From a virus: DNA of 64,000 bases. Shown piece after piece: positions 38,201 through 58,000 of this stretch; within the stretch, counting starts at the first letter, position 1, and each line of letters begins with the position of its first letter. The translations under genes were made by a program, and so were the position numbers. The DNA lies in the IMG/VR virus record IMGVR_UViG_3300045125_000034, positions 64,001 to 128,000 of that record; one strand, 5' to 3'. The notes beneath the pieces were generated by a model. The model did no database searches. It was not told the origin of the DNA and saw only the letters and a program-made list of their open reading frames with translations.

Positions 38201-41200
38201 AAGGAATAGCGGAACTCCCTTTAGAGCATCACCCGTGAACAGGGATTGGTAGCCTGACCGCTGTTTACATACACAAACTCATTGGCGTTTATGACTTCTA
38301 CGACGATGCCTGTTGTCTCTGCGGTATCTTCCGACAAGCAACTTGCCTTGATATAGTCGTTGCCTGCTGTACCCGATGTCATAGACGCGGTTTGAATGAT
38401 TACATTGCCTGCGGTTAGACCGTGAGCGATCTGATATACACGAACACGATTTGCATCCGAGTCTAACCAAGACGAGTGAACTCTTCCTCTTACATCGGCT
38501 ATAGGAATAGTGTAGCCCGTTGAACCCCTATCGTGAGGATACGGATTGCCTGTTGTAGCACCGGGCTCCATCCAAGAAGTCAGCATTGAAGCCGACTGCA
38601 AACATATTGCTTGTTGCACCACCAACACCATTTACTGTTTGCCCGTGAGTGAACGGGAAGTGATACGGTCCTGATGTTAGACCAAAGAATCCTGCTAGTT
38701 TGTGTTCTGTCGAAGAACCGCCAGCTGCATGGATAAACATGAGTGGTTCTGTGGCGAATGACTTGTCGTAAGCTCAAAGAGCCACTTTCTCCGTGAGTCG
38801 TAGGATACTATTACCTTGGTATTACCACTAATACCCGTAGATCCGATGAACCAAAACTCGTTCTTGCCATCGTTCGTCCAAGCCACAGTTACGATAGAAG
38901 CGGCTTGTAACAAATTGATTCTCCGTGTTGACACCAAGATTTACATTCGTGACAAATGCGTTGCAGCCTGTTTCATAGGTGAATGTCTTGTCGCCGCTTG
39001 CTCCCTTGACTGTGAATCCTGCACCGTCAAGCAAAGCATCACTAAAGAATTCGTTAACAAGACCCTCAGAATCGTCGGATACCGCAAAGGTTGCTCCTGT
39101 TGCACCGGTCAGACCGCTGAATCGGAAAACACCACCTATTTCAAAATCTTCTCCACCCCCACGGCTAAACATAGATCCAACCGTTACTTGTGCTGTTGGT
39201 CCTATTGGATTTCCTGTTATGCTCTTTACGGTTCCGATTACTTCTGCCGTTGTAATGTTTGGACTCACAGATACGGTGGAATCTGCATAAAACGCAGTAA
39301 GCCCTGCGTAAACATTATTGTAAGTTCCCGCAGTAACGCCCGATATTGTTACTGTTCTCTTGGTCTGATATGCAATCTCAATGTTGTTATCTTCGATTCG
39401 CAGATCATTAGAAGCGATGAAGGTTGATTGTGGCCTACACTAAAGTTACCGATAATCTCAACATCGCCATCAATCTGAAGTCTACCACCACCCTTACCCA
39501 CATGAGTCTGTTTGGCAACATGTATGCGGCTTCGACATACTTGGGGGTTCCGTCAGATACCTTGCTTGTGTCACTCAAATCTTTGAAGATCACCAAATCT
39601 GACGGTGAGACTGTATTTGCTGTCATTGCAGCAGCAGGTAAAGTTCTTGGGTCTACATAGATTTTGTCATGGACCCACCCGTTGGACTTACGGCTCCTGC
39701 GGTATTTCCATACTGCAAGCCCGGGTCCGTACTTGAAGCCCAATCCCATAACACCGTTGTAATTGCAGTTTTCTCTGCCATTTACCAACTCAATTCCTGT
39801 TAGTCCGTATATCTCATATAGATTTAGTGGGTTTACTTTCTCTATGATTTGATTTGTTCTATCAAACCAAGTGTGGAAAGTATCAGACAAAACCAATGGA
39901 TCAATGTCTATTAGATTATCGCAGTACGGTCCTGTTAGCGGCAGAGGAAGGTGAACACAGCATTCTGTGCATCCGCATGTACCGCCGCTCCGCCCCCGCC
40001 TGCGCCCGTCGCCCCGTGGGACCGCGAACATAACCAACATTTATACTATTTCCATCACTAAAGTTGAGGTATAGATTTCCGCCAGCATCAACCAATGCAT
40101 TACTTACAGAAACACCTGTAGCACCAGTGAGCCTCTGTCGCCCGTAGTTCCTGTTATTCCTGTTACGCCAGAATGCGGAACACTCCCCGAACTAATAAAG
40201 TCCATGTGAACTTTACACCACCGCCGCTGACTTGGAAAGTATTGGAATATAGATTGCTTTACTGATAGTGTTAGATCATCTACCTTTATCGGGATTAGCA
40301 AATCTCCCGTAGTATAAGTAGAATTCCATCTAACTATTGGTTTTCTATTGACCTTTAGGTAAAGCGGCGGCTGACTTGTGGTTAGAGAATTTATAACTAC
40401 CCAACCATAATTCCTGTTGGTACTGTTCCTGAGAAGGATTCTGACCATTTTTGGAAGAAGTTACCAGTAATACCCGCTCCGGCTGTTCCTCCAATAGGAA
40501 TATTTCTCTTGCCGATTTGATCTATACCAGAAACTCTAATATAGCCCGTTAGTGACTGTGCAATTTGATTTAGAGGACTAGGATCAGAAGAACTGCTTTT
40601 CCCATATTGTGCTAATAAGACCATCAAACTCGGTCGTATCTGTAACAATTTCATCTATAGCAGAACCACCAACAATTATTCTTGGGGAATCTGCTGATGA
40701 GTTGTAAATACGCAAATGCCAGAGCCCGGCAGCACCTTCGCCCCGGATCTCCCCTTATCTCCTTTGCACCCGGCGCACCTGTAGCACCTGTAGCACCTGT
40801 AGCACCTGTAGCACCTGTTTGACCTGTAGCACGGTCCTACCTGTAGCACCTGTTTGTCCTGTAACACCTGTTTGACCTGTAGCTTACGGTTCTACCTGTA
40901 GCACCTGTTTGTCCTGTAGCACCTGTTTGAACCTGTGAGGGCCGGTTTCGCCTGTTTGGCCACCTGTATTACCTGTAGCACCAGTTCTACCTGTAGCACC
41001 CGTCGAGCCCGGTCGAGACCAGTTAGATCCGCCACCGTTCCCACGGAAGACCCACGGCAAACCAACATGCATCAACGGAATATTTGTGTTTGTAACTGGA
41101 ATGGTTATTGTGCCGCCACTACTAAACCTATATCAAAACCAGCCACTCGTACTAGTCTATTAAAACTATTGATCTCCTGAACTGTTCCTTCTGCCCAAAC

Positions 41201-41670
41201 ATTAGCACCAGCAAGGATCGACTAAACGAACTCTAACTTTCGCGGAGCAAATGGCAAAGGAATACTTGTTCCTTGCTGCTGAAAGAAAGCCAATGTTAAC
41301 AGGACTTATTGAAGTAGAACTTATTTGAAGTGCTACTTGGCCCGGAGGGAGTTCCATAGCCCGATTGTTGATAGGCTTTTACAAGATAGGGACCAGAAGC
41401 CCAACGCCTGTACCGCCCGTTGCACCAGTTACTCCCCGACCACTACTAGGACAAACCCAAGGTGCGGCTGCAATACCGCAATTAGTACAACCACAAGTTG
41501 CTCCCAAGAAGTCTTGGTTGCAACAGTCAACAGACGGGTCTGAATTGCAATAATTTTTATACCATTCGCATTGTGCTTGGACACACCAATTCTCAAATCC
41601 TGTAGGAGAAAACACGCCATTATTGCTCTCCTGACTGCTTATTTCTGCAACTTGTATCTGTATCTGACAT
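35235..41670 (-). CDS. giant fibre protein (~2,100 aa): Cys-rich N-terminus, Gly-X-Thr tracts, split tail-collar domain with Cys-rich insert; indel-split
   Basis: Reading continues across 40050 (LNFSDGNSINVGYVRGPTG); LSDTFHTWFDRTNQII; VPVGSIAPYSG..WLYCDG..ELYRAIGT; FFIPDLRNR; PPSVVVHWIIRA. Confidence 0.65.
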
Positions 41671-41711
41671 TGGTGTTTCCTTATCGACGGTATCGTTATT
41701 TATCACCATTT

Positions 41712-47173
<5,462 letters not shown>

Positions 47174-47176
47174 TAG

Positions 47177-47387
47177 TTATTCCCCCCGACTGTCTAGTTT
47201 GTTTAGTATGGTATGCAGCATGGCTTTCAACTCTTGTACCTCGGTTTTCAGACTATTTATCTCTTCGTCCCTTGCCCTAATAGCCTTCTTTTTTGCCTTG
47301 TAAGCATCTATTTCATCGCGGTTGCTGTATATCAACGCCCCATTGTTAGGTCTCTGAAGATAGCTCTCCCTGCACCCTCGGGTTCAT
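47177..47387 (-). CDS. small conserved coiled-coil T4-like protein
   Basis: IFRD..NGALIYSNRDEIDAYKAKK..EINSLKTEVQELKAML. Confidence 0.7.
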
Positions 47388-50300
47388 GTTGCAATAACCT
47401 TCATTGACTTGATGATTGGTGTTGGGTGGTTTGAAACATCGTTTGTGCCGTGAAGCACTACCTTTACTGAGAAGGTGGAGAATCTTTGGTCATCGGTCAA
47501 AGCCAAGGTGTATCTGATGTCCTGATACTCACCTTCTGCCGTGTTTCGTTCTGTGCTTGCTGTCATCTTCGTGTAGCCACGGTTTTGGAAGAAGGTGTTC
47601 GAATCGGTCTCGTCAGGTAGAGTTCTAGCGAATACCTCAACTCCTGTATTCGGTGGGTTTGAAATCTTCAGATAGACATCCAACTGAGTAGCAGGATTCT
47701 CCAAATTGATCTTCTTCGTGATGTACCTTGATGCCGAACGAACAGGGGTTGATACCCCTCTATTAGTTGGGCTTTCTTCTCCGTTGGTATTTGTTGTTCC
47801 TACCTTTGTTGTTGTTCATTTGACTTTCAACAAGAACTACGCAAGAGCGATCCAAGTCAACCATAGGCGAAACATAGTCATTGTTACTTACCAAGTTTAC
47901 GCTTATTGTTGTGAAGTCCGCTGACAAACCAACAGAGTCAGTCAAAGTTCTGTTGATATTTTTGCCCAACAAGATGTTTGTATCTGATGTTCCTAAAATT
48001 CGGGACCATTTTCCTTCACGGTAATTGATGTCCCCGGAGGAACTATAGTTGGTATTTCAACTCGTACTATACTTGGGTTTTGCAAGATGTTCCATAGTAG
48101 TTTGTAGGAACATTCTTGGTTTGGATTACTGATGCTGTGCTTCTATCAAACTTGCAGAAGTTTACAACAAACTTCAAATCCTCCCTAACTTCTTTCAGCA
48201 GGGTGTTTGGGGGTTTGAGCAGTAAACAGAGACCTGACATAAGGCTGTTTTGTTACTGTCAAAGATGGGTCTGAATCGTTTGCCTTATATTGAGTTTGGT
48301 TTAGTATAGCGGTATGCAAAGAGAACTTATCGCTTGTTGTTCTCAGACTAAAGCAGTATTCCGCCCCCGGTGACAGGTATATTGGTGAGTTGAAATTAAA
48401 CCTTGTAGATGAAGTAGCGTCTTCTGAAACTGTTATATTGTTTGGAGAATACAGTAGATACGCCCGTGGGTAGAGTCTTTGAGGGTGTGGATACCCACTT
48501 ATCAATGTCTTCAGTTCAAGAATTACGGGTACACCAACAGATGATGTGTCTTTAGTCTTAAACCACAAATCGACACTACTGACAAACACACCATATGGAT
48601 ATATGATGGGGTCTACAAAGAATGATTGTGATAGTGGTTCTACTATACCTCTTGATGTTGCTGTACTACTTGTTTCTTTGCCAAGATGTTGTTCACAACC
48701 GTTGACGAACTTGGTGATGCTCTCTTGATTAAGTGGCTTTCTTGTACTCAAAACATCCGTTTCTCTTGTACCATATCCACCCTCAATATAGAAGAGTTTT
48801 TCGGCAACTGTTGTTGTTGTGGTTATATCGTTTGTGCTGCTATCTGTAAACCTAATCAGTCTTGGTCCTGTCTTTACATTTCCCGTTTGGTTTATGCGAA
48901 TCGTGTATCCTAAAGATCCTGCTGTTAGACCACCAAACGATCCCTACTATCTGTTGTTAGGTAACTCACGGTGGAGAATCCTGATACTCCTGTTGCTCCC
49001 TGTACAGTTACCGTGATATTAGAAGAGAGTTATAGCATCGTCTATAAATGCGTACATCTTGGTGTTTGGCTTTAGCCCATCTCCACGAACCATGACCTCT
49101 ATGTTTCTGGCATAGAATTCAATATCGTTGTTGGTCTTCTCAGATACCTTGTTTAGAACTATTGATTACGGAGATGCATTACGATCAATTAGACCAGAGA
49201 ATTGCGAATTGATATTCGCTGATACCGACATATCATCGCTTGTCTTATTGAATAGGTTATTGGTAGTCTCATCGAAATTGCTCTTACCAAACCACATAGT
49301 TTCCCAATCGTTCCATTGAGTTCCAAATCCTGTACCCTCGCCTGCGCCCGCGCCCCTTCCGCACCCGCGCTCCCGCGCTGAGAATGCCCAATTATCTCTT
49401 TCCCCTCTTGGGTTTTACTTTTACTGATGGACGAGCGGTATCTGCAAACCAAAAATCAGAATCGGGATTTGTAAACAGAGTTCCCGTATAGTTGATTACA
49501 CCAAACGGATTCAACTGACGCGAGGATGATGCTTGCGGTTGAATGATGCTTGGGTGTTCCTGTGTATCCTATAGTGAACAGCCGATTTCCTGTTATGGAT
49601 AGAGGAATTTCACTTGGACTATAGTTATACAGGGATGGAGTTGCGGAAGAGTCTAACGATAAGCGATAAATCTTGGTCTCAAACGCTTGGACGAAGAGAT
49701 GATGTTTCGGGATCTATTGCCGCGTTATACATCAAATCTTTCACATCTCCTATGTTGTGACCACGGAAGGTATCTACCAAGATTCCTTCTTAGGTACTTC
49801 TACTCCTTGAGAATCAACAATAGCAAGTATTCTTTGCTTCCTGTTCCAAAAGACTCATGGTCGTATAGTATTCAACAGAGTCAATTCTTCTTTCTAAGTT
49901 ACCTATATCCTGCATGGTGTAACGCTTGTTCTTTACTGCACGAAGAGAAACATCATCCCTACTATAGGTGTATGGAGGTAGGGTTAGTGTATACAGGGTC
50001 ATACTGTTTGGATCGTCAGGCGGGACTGCTGCTTCGGCAGAAGGCAACCCAGAAATTATCTTGAAAGAACGGTTCTTTGATAGAACCAATTTATCTGTTC
50101 TTGGAAGATACTTTTTCTACAGTAATCAATCCCGTAGAAGTCGATACTGGATAGCAGAAAGGACTAAATGTGTTGTCGGGTAATCTGTGCTGGTCTAAAA
50201 TCTATCATGTCGGATAGATAGTGAGTTTTGCCTGTATCGGGACTTGTATAGACGGGGATATCACTAAAATCAACAGTAGAGTAAGAATCTACTGTGAATG

Positions 50301-52482
50301 GTCCTCCTGCTTCAGTTATTCCCGTTCTAGCAAACCTTCTCAATGTAACATTCAATGGTCCTGTTAGTCCTGCTGTGTATCCCGATGTAAATCCGGGAGC
50401 AAAAGCAAGTCTTGACCAATCGTAGTAGTTGTCTCTATTTCCTGTGTCTAGAACAAAATATTGAGATAAATCTTGCCCGCTTGGTCCTGTTACAGAACTA
50501 ACTTCAAAAACATCAACTTTTCTGTTGATATAGAAGAACTCGAACCATTTGCAGCACCCGTTGCACCAACATCTCTCTGTATTGGTCCTGTAACAGATAT
50601 GGTTTCTTGAGTTACCGTTTTTCCTCTTCGGACATATGTTGCTGAGTTGTAGTTCAAACGAACTTCACCAATTACTGTCCCTGTTGCTCCGATTGGACCG
50701 TTGGTGATGATAATTTCATTCGCTGCTGTTCCTGTCACAGCAGATGCAGATACGGAATCTCCGCTCTCATCAATAACTATTAGAGTATTTGCGGGAGCGT
50801 TGACTCCTGAGCCGTAATCAAATTTAGTAACGCTTGGTTTTGTTCCTAATCCTAAAATCATTTGTTGTTAATGTGGCTGCACCTGTTGCAGAAAATGCTA
50901 TCTTATTGGCGAATCGTACCTTGTAGTCGAGTTCATTTATTGCCCGAATCTCCACTCGGCAGATGTTGGGAATAGCAGGGTGTTGGTGAAATCTATCAAT
51001 TCTGTGCCGCAGCAGGACTATAAAAATCTACTAGTTGTTGCCCTGCCTGCTGTTCTACCCCGGAACAAAAAGACTCTTAACTGTCGAGAATTCTGTCCCC
51101 GAACTCAAAGAGATATCAAATAAATCTACTCTCCAATTCTTGTCTCCGTTGCCTCCCTGATACTGTAGACCCTCTAAGTTTTGCAGTACCAACTTGGGCG
51201 AATGCGGATGCTCCCGACCCCACTACCTGATGACAGAAGTACTGTAGGCATATTTTGCATGGTTACTGTGGTTAGACCATTGGACGGGAAGTTGTTGCCC
51301 GTATTACTTCCCAACACATAGGACCGACAACTGATTGGATGTTGGCATCTTCTACAGTTGTTGTTGTCCTAGCCTTTGGTAAATCTAGTCTAGTATTTCC
51401 TATAGTTTCAAACTCATATCCAAACACATATGCTTTTCGGGGCTTACGACAACAGAGAAAGTTAATCCTGTTGCTCCGTATGGTTCATCAGTAATAGAAA
51501 CTTGGAAAAGGCTCTACTGTATAATTGCCCGATTCATCAAATGTTCTTCTTGCATAGGGTATCTCCCAAAACAGAATAGTCGGGATACTGTTCCCTCTTG
51601 ATGACATTACCATTTACGACACGAACAAATTCAATGAAGTTTTCTCTTGAGAAATTGTCGGTTGCTGCTGTACTTACATCGGTAACTTCGGAATATCCAT
51701 ATTGAGTCAGAGGCAAATCAATCTTGAATCTAGTCAGCACCGAGGCGCAGCGTAGTTATAGAAACCATATGATGGATCTCTTAGAGTTGTATCGTCTGCT
51801 ATCGGTTACAATTTGTTTATTGACCAAGAATCCGACTCTTGTAGTAGGAGACTCAAACAAACGAATACGAGAACCAGTCACACCAGTCAATGATGCTGCG
51901 GCTATGGTTTGCTTATCGTTGCTTACAAAGAACCCGTTTATGAAGCGAATACCTGGGCAACGGATACCAACAAACAATTGCCCATAGACTGACCCGTAAG
52001 AGATCCTGCGGTTATACCACCTATTGTAAAAGCAAAGGGTGATGAATTCGACGCAGTTCCCCCAATAGTGTCTCCTGCGGTAAATCCTGTTCCGCCTGAA
52101 GTGTATTCGAAGAAAACTACAGGTCTTGTATCGGAGGAACTTCCTGTTAATGCCGTTTCGGCGTGAACTATCTTTCCACTAACATTTGCATTAGATATTT
52201 CGCCACCGATTAGGTCGGTTATAACTTGTGTGCGGTAAGACTAGAAACGCGAGCAAACTTTACTCTGTTCTCAACAACCTCGCCACCGTATACCAAAGAC
52301 CCTTCATTGAAAATGTTCTTGCCAAATCTCTCTATTTGATTCTGAAGTATAGTCTGTAGTTGTGTCAGTTCTCGGGCTTGAACAGCATACCCGGGGCGGA
52401 AGAGCATACGCAAAAACTTCTTGTCTTCGCTGCAATCATCATAATACGGGTCTACATTGAAGAGTAATGGGTCGTAGGACAT
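47384..52482 (-). CDS. DUF4815/VrlC-like large virion structural protein, indel-split
   Basis: FNVDPYYDD..LFRPGYAVQARELTQLQTILQNQIERFG; KRYTMQDIGNLERRIDSVEYYT; PLSQSFFVD..GVFVSSVDLWF; ends P.IKSMKVIAT*. Confidence 0.9.
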
Positions 52483-52491
52483 TCTTTTACC

Positions 52492-55037
52492 TCAGAATTG
52501 GAAGAGTACTTCGATTTCTTCCTTTTGCTCAAGATTTCTTGTTATGGGTTGCGTATTCTGTATGTAGGTCAACTCTCCTGTCCTGTATTTCAGGTCTTCC
52601 TTGTGTGTTGTACTTACAACTCCACATTGAGAATCGTCGCCTTTATTGTCTACAAACGACAGTACTCCGGAAGGACTAAATTCTCCCTGAACACCACACA
52701 TTCTCAAAACCCTCCAGCTTGACCCATCTGTTGCAATCCATTCTAAAACAGTACCCGACCCCTCTGCGGTCAACCCTAAGTAAGACTTGACCAAGGAATC
52801 CTGAGCAAAAGAGTTGATACCAAACGGATTTGAGATACTTGCTCGTAAAGTTACTGTTGTTGTTTGATCGTATAGTGTGGGGAGTCTTTGGATATCTCTC
52901 CGATTTCGACTACGGTTGCTGTTCCCGTATTGTGTGTGGGTCTTCCTGCTACAGGTCCGGTAGATCCCAAACTTGCTGGCCTACTTGCTCTTAGGTAATA
53001 GTCCACCTCTACCAACTTTTCAAACCTCGCAGGAAGACCTGAAGGTTCCTCCACATACAAAGTGGCAGAAGTATTTGTTCCTACTGTAGGTTCCCAACGG
53101 AAGATAGAACCCGTAAATCTTGTATTGTGGACGCTGCTTTCTATGTTGCCAATGCTTGCAACAAACATTCCCGGATGAAAATCTTCCCCACCTGCGGAAA
53201 ATACTCCGAAGTACCACCCAATGCTGGCTCATATACCGTTGTGGGTATAACCTTTAGCCTTAAAAGTTCTCTCCCTCAGTACCCGCAACGATTCTCTGAG
53301 ACACATCTACAACATCAAAGTAACCACTTGCATGCCCCAACAGAGGACGAAAATACTCTTCCTGTTGAAGCAAAATCCCCACCAGTAACATCAGAAACTA
53401 TCAATTCGGATAGACCATACTTGTCTGTACCCGAAAGACCTATTCCTGTTGGTCCTGATCTCCAATAAACAATTTTGCCTGTTGCCTGCGGGTAGGTAAC
53501 TCCAGCTAGACCCCCGTTGTTCCTTGAGTCAAAGATCCTCCAAGTAGGAATGATCCAGTTAGTCCGTTTTGAGCCAAACGAAGTCTTACTTGTTTGTTTC
53601 TCAATTGAGGGTTCTTTATGATCCCAAACTGTCTGTAGTCATTAGCAACAGATAGTTGATTCTTTTCGGATTGACTAAACTCAACGACTATCATTATTGC
53701 CGCAGAACCCAGTTCTCTAACAGCATTAGAGCCATGACCCCCGTGAGGAGAAAACACTATTTCTGCGGTATCATTCAATGAACCAATTCCCGTTAGCCCC
53801 GAAGTAAAAGTCAAACCCTTTATTACCTTAAACTCTGCTCGGGTATAATCTCTTCCCCCATCTATAACTTCATACGAGTCAACATATGCTTGGTTGAAGA
53901 TGTTTGTGGTATCGCATCCTGTGGAACCCGAATTTAGAGATGGACCGAATTTTAGACCAATATCCGCTTCTCTAAAAAGTTCAAAGTACTATCTAGAGGA
54001 TATCCATCCCCCTCTATTTGTACATTAGGAACTATGGAAAATTTACTGTCGTTTGATGAAAGCCCAACAGACAATGGATGATCCAAAGTTACTGTGCCGT
54101 AGTTGCCAACGGAAGAGTAGGAATAGGAATTGATTACTCTTCTTTGCCCTTCTCCCAGACCATCGTCAATAGAAAGAATTAGATCATCATAGAAACCATT
54201 GACTCCAATCAAATACGGACTGTATATTCGTATAGAACCCGTATGTCCTGCCGTATACCCTTGTTGGATTATGTTTTGGTTGTCAGGGCGTAGACAATTG
54301 ATTATGGTGAGATAGGGCTTGTATTGTTCTTTGATGCCAACGAAAGAAATCTGACCATTTATAGCACTCTGCTGAACATTCCATTGAAGAACTCTATCGT
54401 CTTCACTCAATCTCAAGTACTGAACATAGGATACAGGCATGTAGCCCTGAATTATAACTCTTCGATATGGACCACTTCCTGAGATGTTTCATCATATATT
54501 GTTTTGGTTAGGAACTTTCTATTTTCCTCGGGTATCATATACATAAACTTCCAACGATACCCATCTGATAGTTTTCTGATCTCGGGATCAGTATGTGTTG
54601 GTGCTAGCGGTAGACTTAGAACCGTAGTTGTTGTCTATACACTTGTAGACTCTTGTTTCATCAACCAAGACATAAAATTGGGCGGGATAGTCGGCATCAA
54701 AAAGATTGGAATAGTCTCTGTATGGTTCATACACCCCACCCAATTTCCAATCAAAACGAGGAACTACAAGAGAAATGTTGTCTTTAGAAATTCGTTTGGC
54801 TGCTACAACGCTTTGCCAAAATTCTGTCTCTACTCTATCGCTATCCTGTGGTACTGGAACAGGACGGGCGTAGTTAGTCCCTGATAGCCCCGTATCTCTT
54901 GTTTCTGTAGGCCAAGGTGTTATTTTACCTATAGTTAAGAAATAGTTATCGGGAGACATCAGTTCGATGTCCGCTAACATCTTTTCAGCAAGATGTCTTC
55001 TATAGTTGTGGCGAATTGGTGAGCAAGATGATCCCAT
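52492..55037 (-). CDS. gp8: baseplate wedge subunit gp8-like, indel-split
   Basis: YFLTIGK..W, VVPRFDW..G.VYEPY, RVYKCIDNN, DGYRWKFMY, SPHGGHGSNAVRELG, NDYRQFGIIKNP, GELTYIQN..ITRN..QKEEI. Confidence 0.9.
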
Positions 55038-55056
55038 GATAGTATCTATTATAGAT

Positions 55057-58000
55057 TTATGATGTCCTGATGTAGTTGAAATTCATTATCTTGGTGCATT
55101 CTGGCACAATAGCATTTGCGGAGTTTCTGAACAGAAGTTTCAGCCTCATAAAGTGCCTATCTTTAGGTATATCTCTTCCCCTGAACCTAAATGTGGTTGA
55201 GTCAGAAACGAAGTAACTTGCTGACACCATTTCGTTTGTGGTGTTTCTGTTTTCTTGATTGGGGAAGGGTTTGTTTATTGATATTAGGTTGCTTGTTGGG
55301 GAGAACGGTCCTGCATTTGCTAGCAAGTATTCCCTCTCGGGGGTGCGCCCGTCCGGCGCTGCGGGAGACACAATGTACAGTTCCGCCCATAGTGTTCTTT
55401 ATGCCATAGTAGTTGAGATAAACTAAAGTAGAAACCCCCTCTGTTGGGGTTCCCGTTATGCCCCTAACCGCTTCCAAGTTGACTATGAGATTGGACCCAC
55501 CTCCAACAAGGTTTTGTGGTTCTCTGTGGTCAAAATTGGTGTTCAATGGACCAGTTGAACCGTTGATGCTTTGAGCATACACCTGTGGGAATGGGGGAGG
55601 AGTAACTTGATCTGTGGTGCAGTTGAATTCTTCTGCCCACGGGCATTTCAAAGAAAGCCCTAGCAGTTATCTTGCGGAAGTCCGAATAGGCTATGTTGTA
55701 ACCAATCGGATCTCCTTGAGGTATACTTTCTCCTGTAAGAGCAATAGTTTGAATACCTATATCGTCCCAAGAAGCAGTATAACCATATCCACTACCACTT
55801 AGTCCTTCATATAGTTCTAATAAGCCTTGGCTGACCCCCCATGTTAAGAGCATCATTGCCCAATCTGCCATATCTATTGTTCCGCTGTTATCAAAATCAG
55901 CAAGAACCGCAGAAGTTGATTCTGGTCTTTCCCCCGTTACACCAGCATTAGCGAACGCAACAGAACCATACTCTTGCGTAGAACATGTATCGTCATCGCA
56001 ATAAGAAAGTACCCAAAAGTCCATTAAAGGTGGAGTATAAAGGATAGATTAGGTTTGAGACTATATCGACAGCAGTTTGTCTAAGAGTTGGGTTACTCGT
56101 AGTAGTAGGCAAACGATCTATTATAGTACTCCCAAATGGAAACCAATAAGTGGGCGAACCTGATGTTGGACCTGTTATTGAGTATGCCGAATTGGAGTAT
56201 TCTTGCCCACTATTTCCGGTCAAAGAATTAGCCCAATGATAAAAGAACCCAAAGATTTTCTATACAAGATTTTGTATGAGTCTTGATTATCTTCTCTGCC
56301 GCTTGCAAAAATATTTGGAACTCGGTTGTGTTCTTTGAAAGGTGCTGACGCTTCCGAAGCACCCAACAAACAGTCATAAATGAATTCTGGATTGTAGTCA
56401 TTGTAAAAGCCATCGACTGTTTTCTTATAGTTATACTGTGTTCCTAAAATCTGTCGGAACAAAAATTCTAAAAGATTCCTTGTTTATGACTGTGTATTCG
56501 GGAATATAGGTTCTCATGTTGGAATCTGAGGATATGAAGAAACTTGGTGTATCTTTATCGTTTGTCGTATAAAGACGACTTGTACATAAAAACACCCTCT
56601 TTCTCTTCTTCCCCATAGAAACATAGTATTCGTTTAGTTTATCTACACCGTATAGAACAGAATCTACCATAGTCTTTACTTTGTTAGTAGATGGGCTGTG
56701 TAGGTGTGCGTCAACATATATCACATCTTGCTCTTGTACAAGACTAGATACCACATTTGCTGCACTTGCTCCGTAACTTCTGCGGTGTACTTCAGGATAG
56801 TTCTCAAATGACCTATAGAGATTTTCCCCGTCTAAAACAGAAATGAACTTGGGAACCCTCGGATAATTGTAGTAACCAAATCTACAGTTAGGATAGACCT
56901 CTTTGATTCTTCTTAGAACAAAAATCATGTCCCCTATTATTTCAGCAACACGATCTATATCCTCACTATTGGTGTATTCTACTTTGTACTTTGGGTATAT
57001 CAACTCTCTGTTGAATGTTTCATCTAAACATATCATCACATATTCTTTGGAGTCTCTGTTCAATCCAGAATCAGATAACCAAGAATTCATGGCATCTACT
57101 ATGTCCGTAAGTAAGAGTGGAGATGCCCCTGTGTTCTTACTTTTCAGATCCGCTTCTGTGAACTTGTATAATCTCTTGCCGCCAAATATACTCGGTCCCG
57201 GAGACGAGGATTCTTTAGACCAGAATAGTCTTGAACAAAGGTTTCTCCCAGGCACAGAGAATAAAAATCGGTCATAGAGAAATGTTGGGTTTGCTGCATC
57301 TGTCAAAGAGGGTATTCTGTAAGCAGTAAGACCTTCTACAGTTTGTAATGCTTCTTCTTCTTGCTCTGTGTAAAAGGGTACGAGCGGATTATAAGAAAGC
57401 ATCACATATCGTTCGCCTGAAGTGAATCCTGTTGCCCAAGCCTCTCGGTTTGCGGTTACAGATTCGGTCCATTCTTTCCAATATCCTGTTGTTCCGTTTG
57501 ATCCTGTTGGAGTCGGTATACCAAAGACAGAAGCCGCCCCGTGATTACTCAAGAACTCTTTCTTTAGGTCATGCGGAATTCTTGCGACCACTCGGATCGG
57601 TCATTTTCCTGTTGGGGTGCTGATAGATGATCCAAAACGGATCGGCGTTTTGGAATCCCTCTTGTTTTAGAGGAGTTTGAGTCTCGTTATACTCTACGCC
57701 CGAAGTAAAAGGATTACCTATGACCTTGAAGAAATCTTCATATGATGGTGGGGGAAACCTCTATCCATTACGGAATCTTTGTAGTGGTAGTAGTCAAGAA
57801 TATCAACAACACCATCGGGACCACCTACAGGCAATCCTGCTATATCCAGCCCCGCCATATCATATCTAATTTTGTATTCGTGTTCTTGTCTGTTGTATCC
57901 TGCTATAGAGACTTCTGTTTCTCCGTTTACCACCTGTGCTGTCGTAAACCATTTACTCAAGTCATTGTTGGTTAGGAATGTATATGGAAGATAGTTTCCA

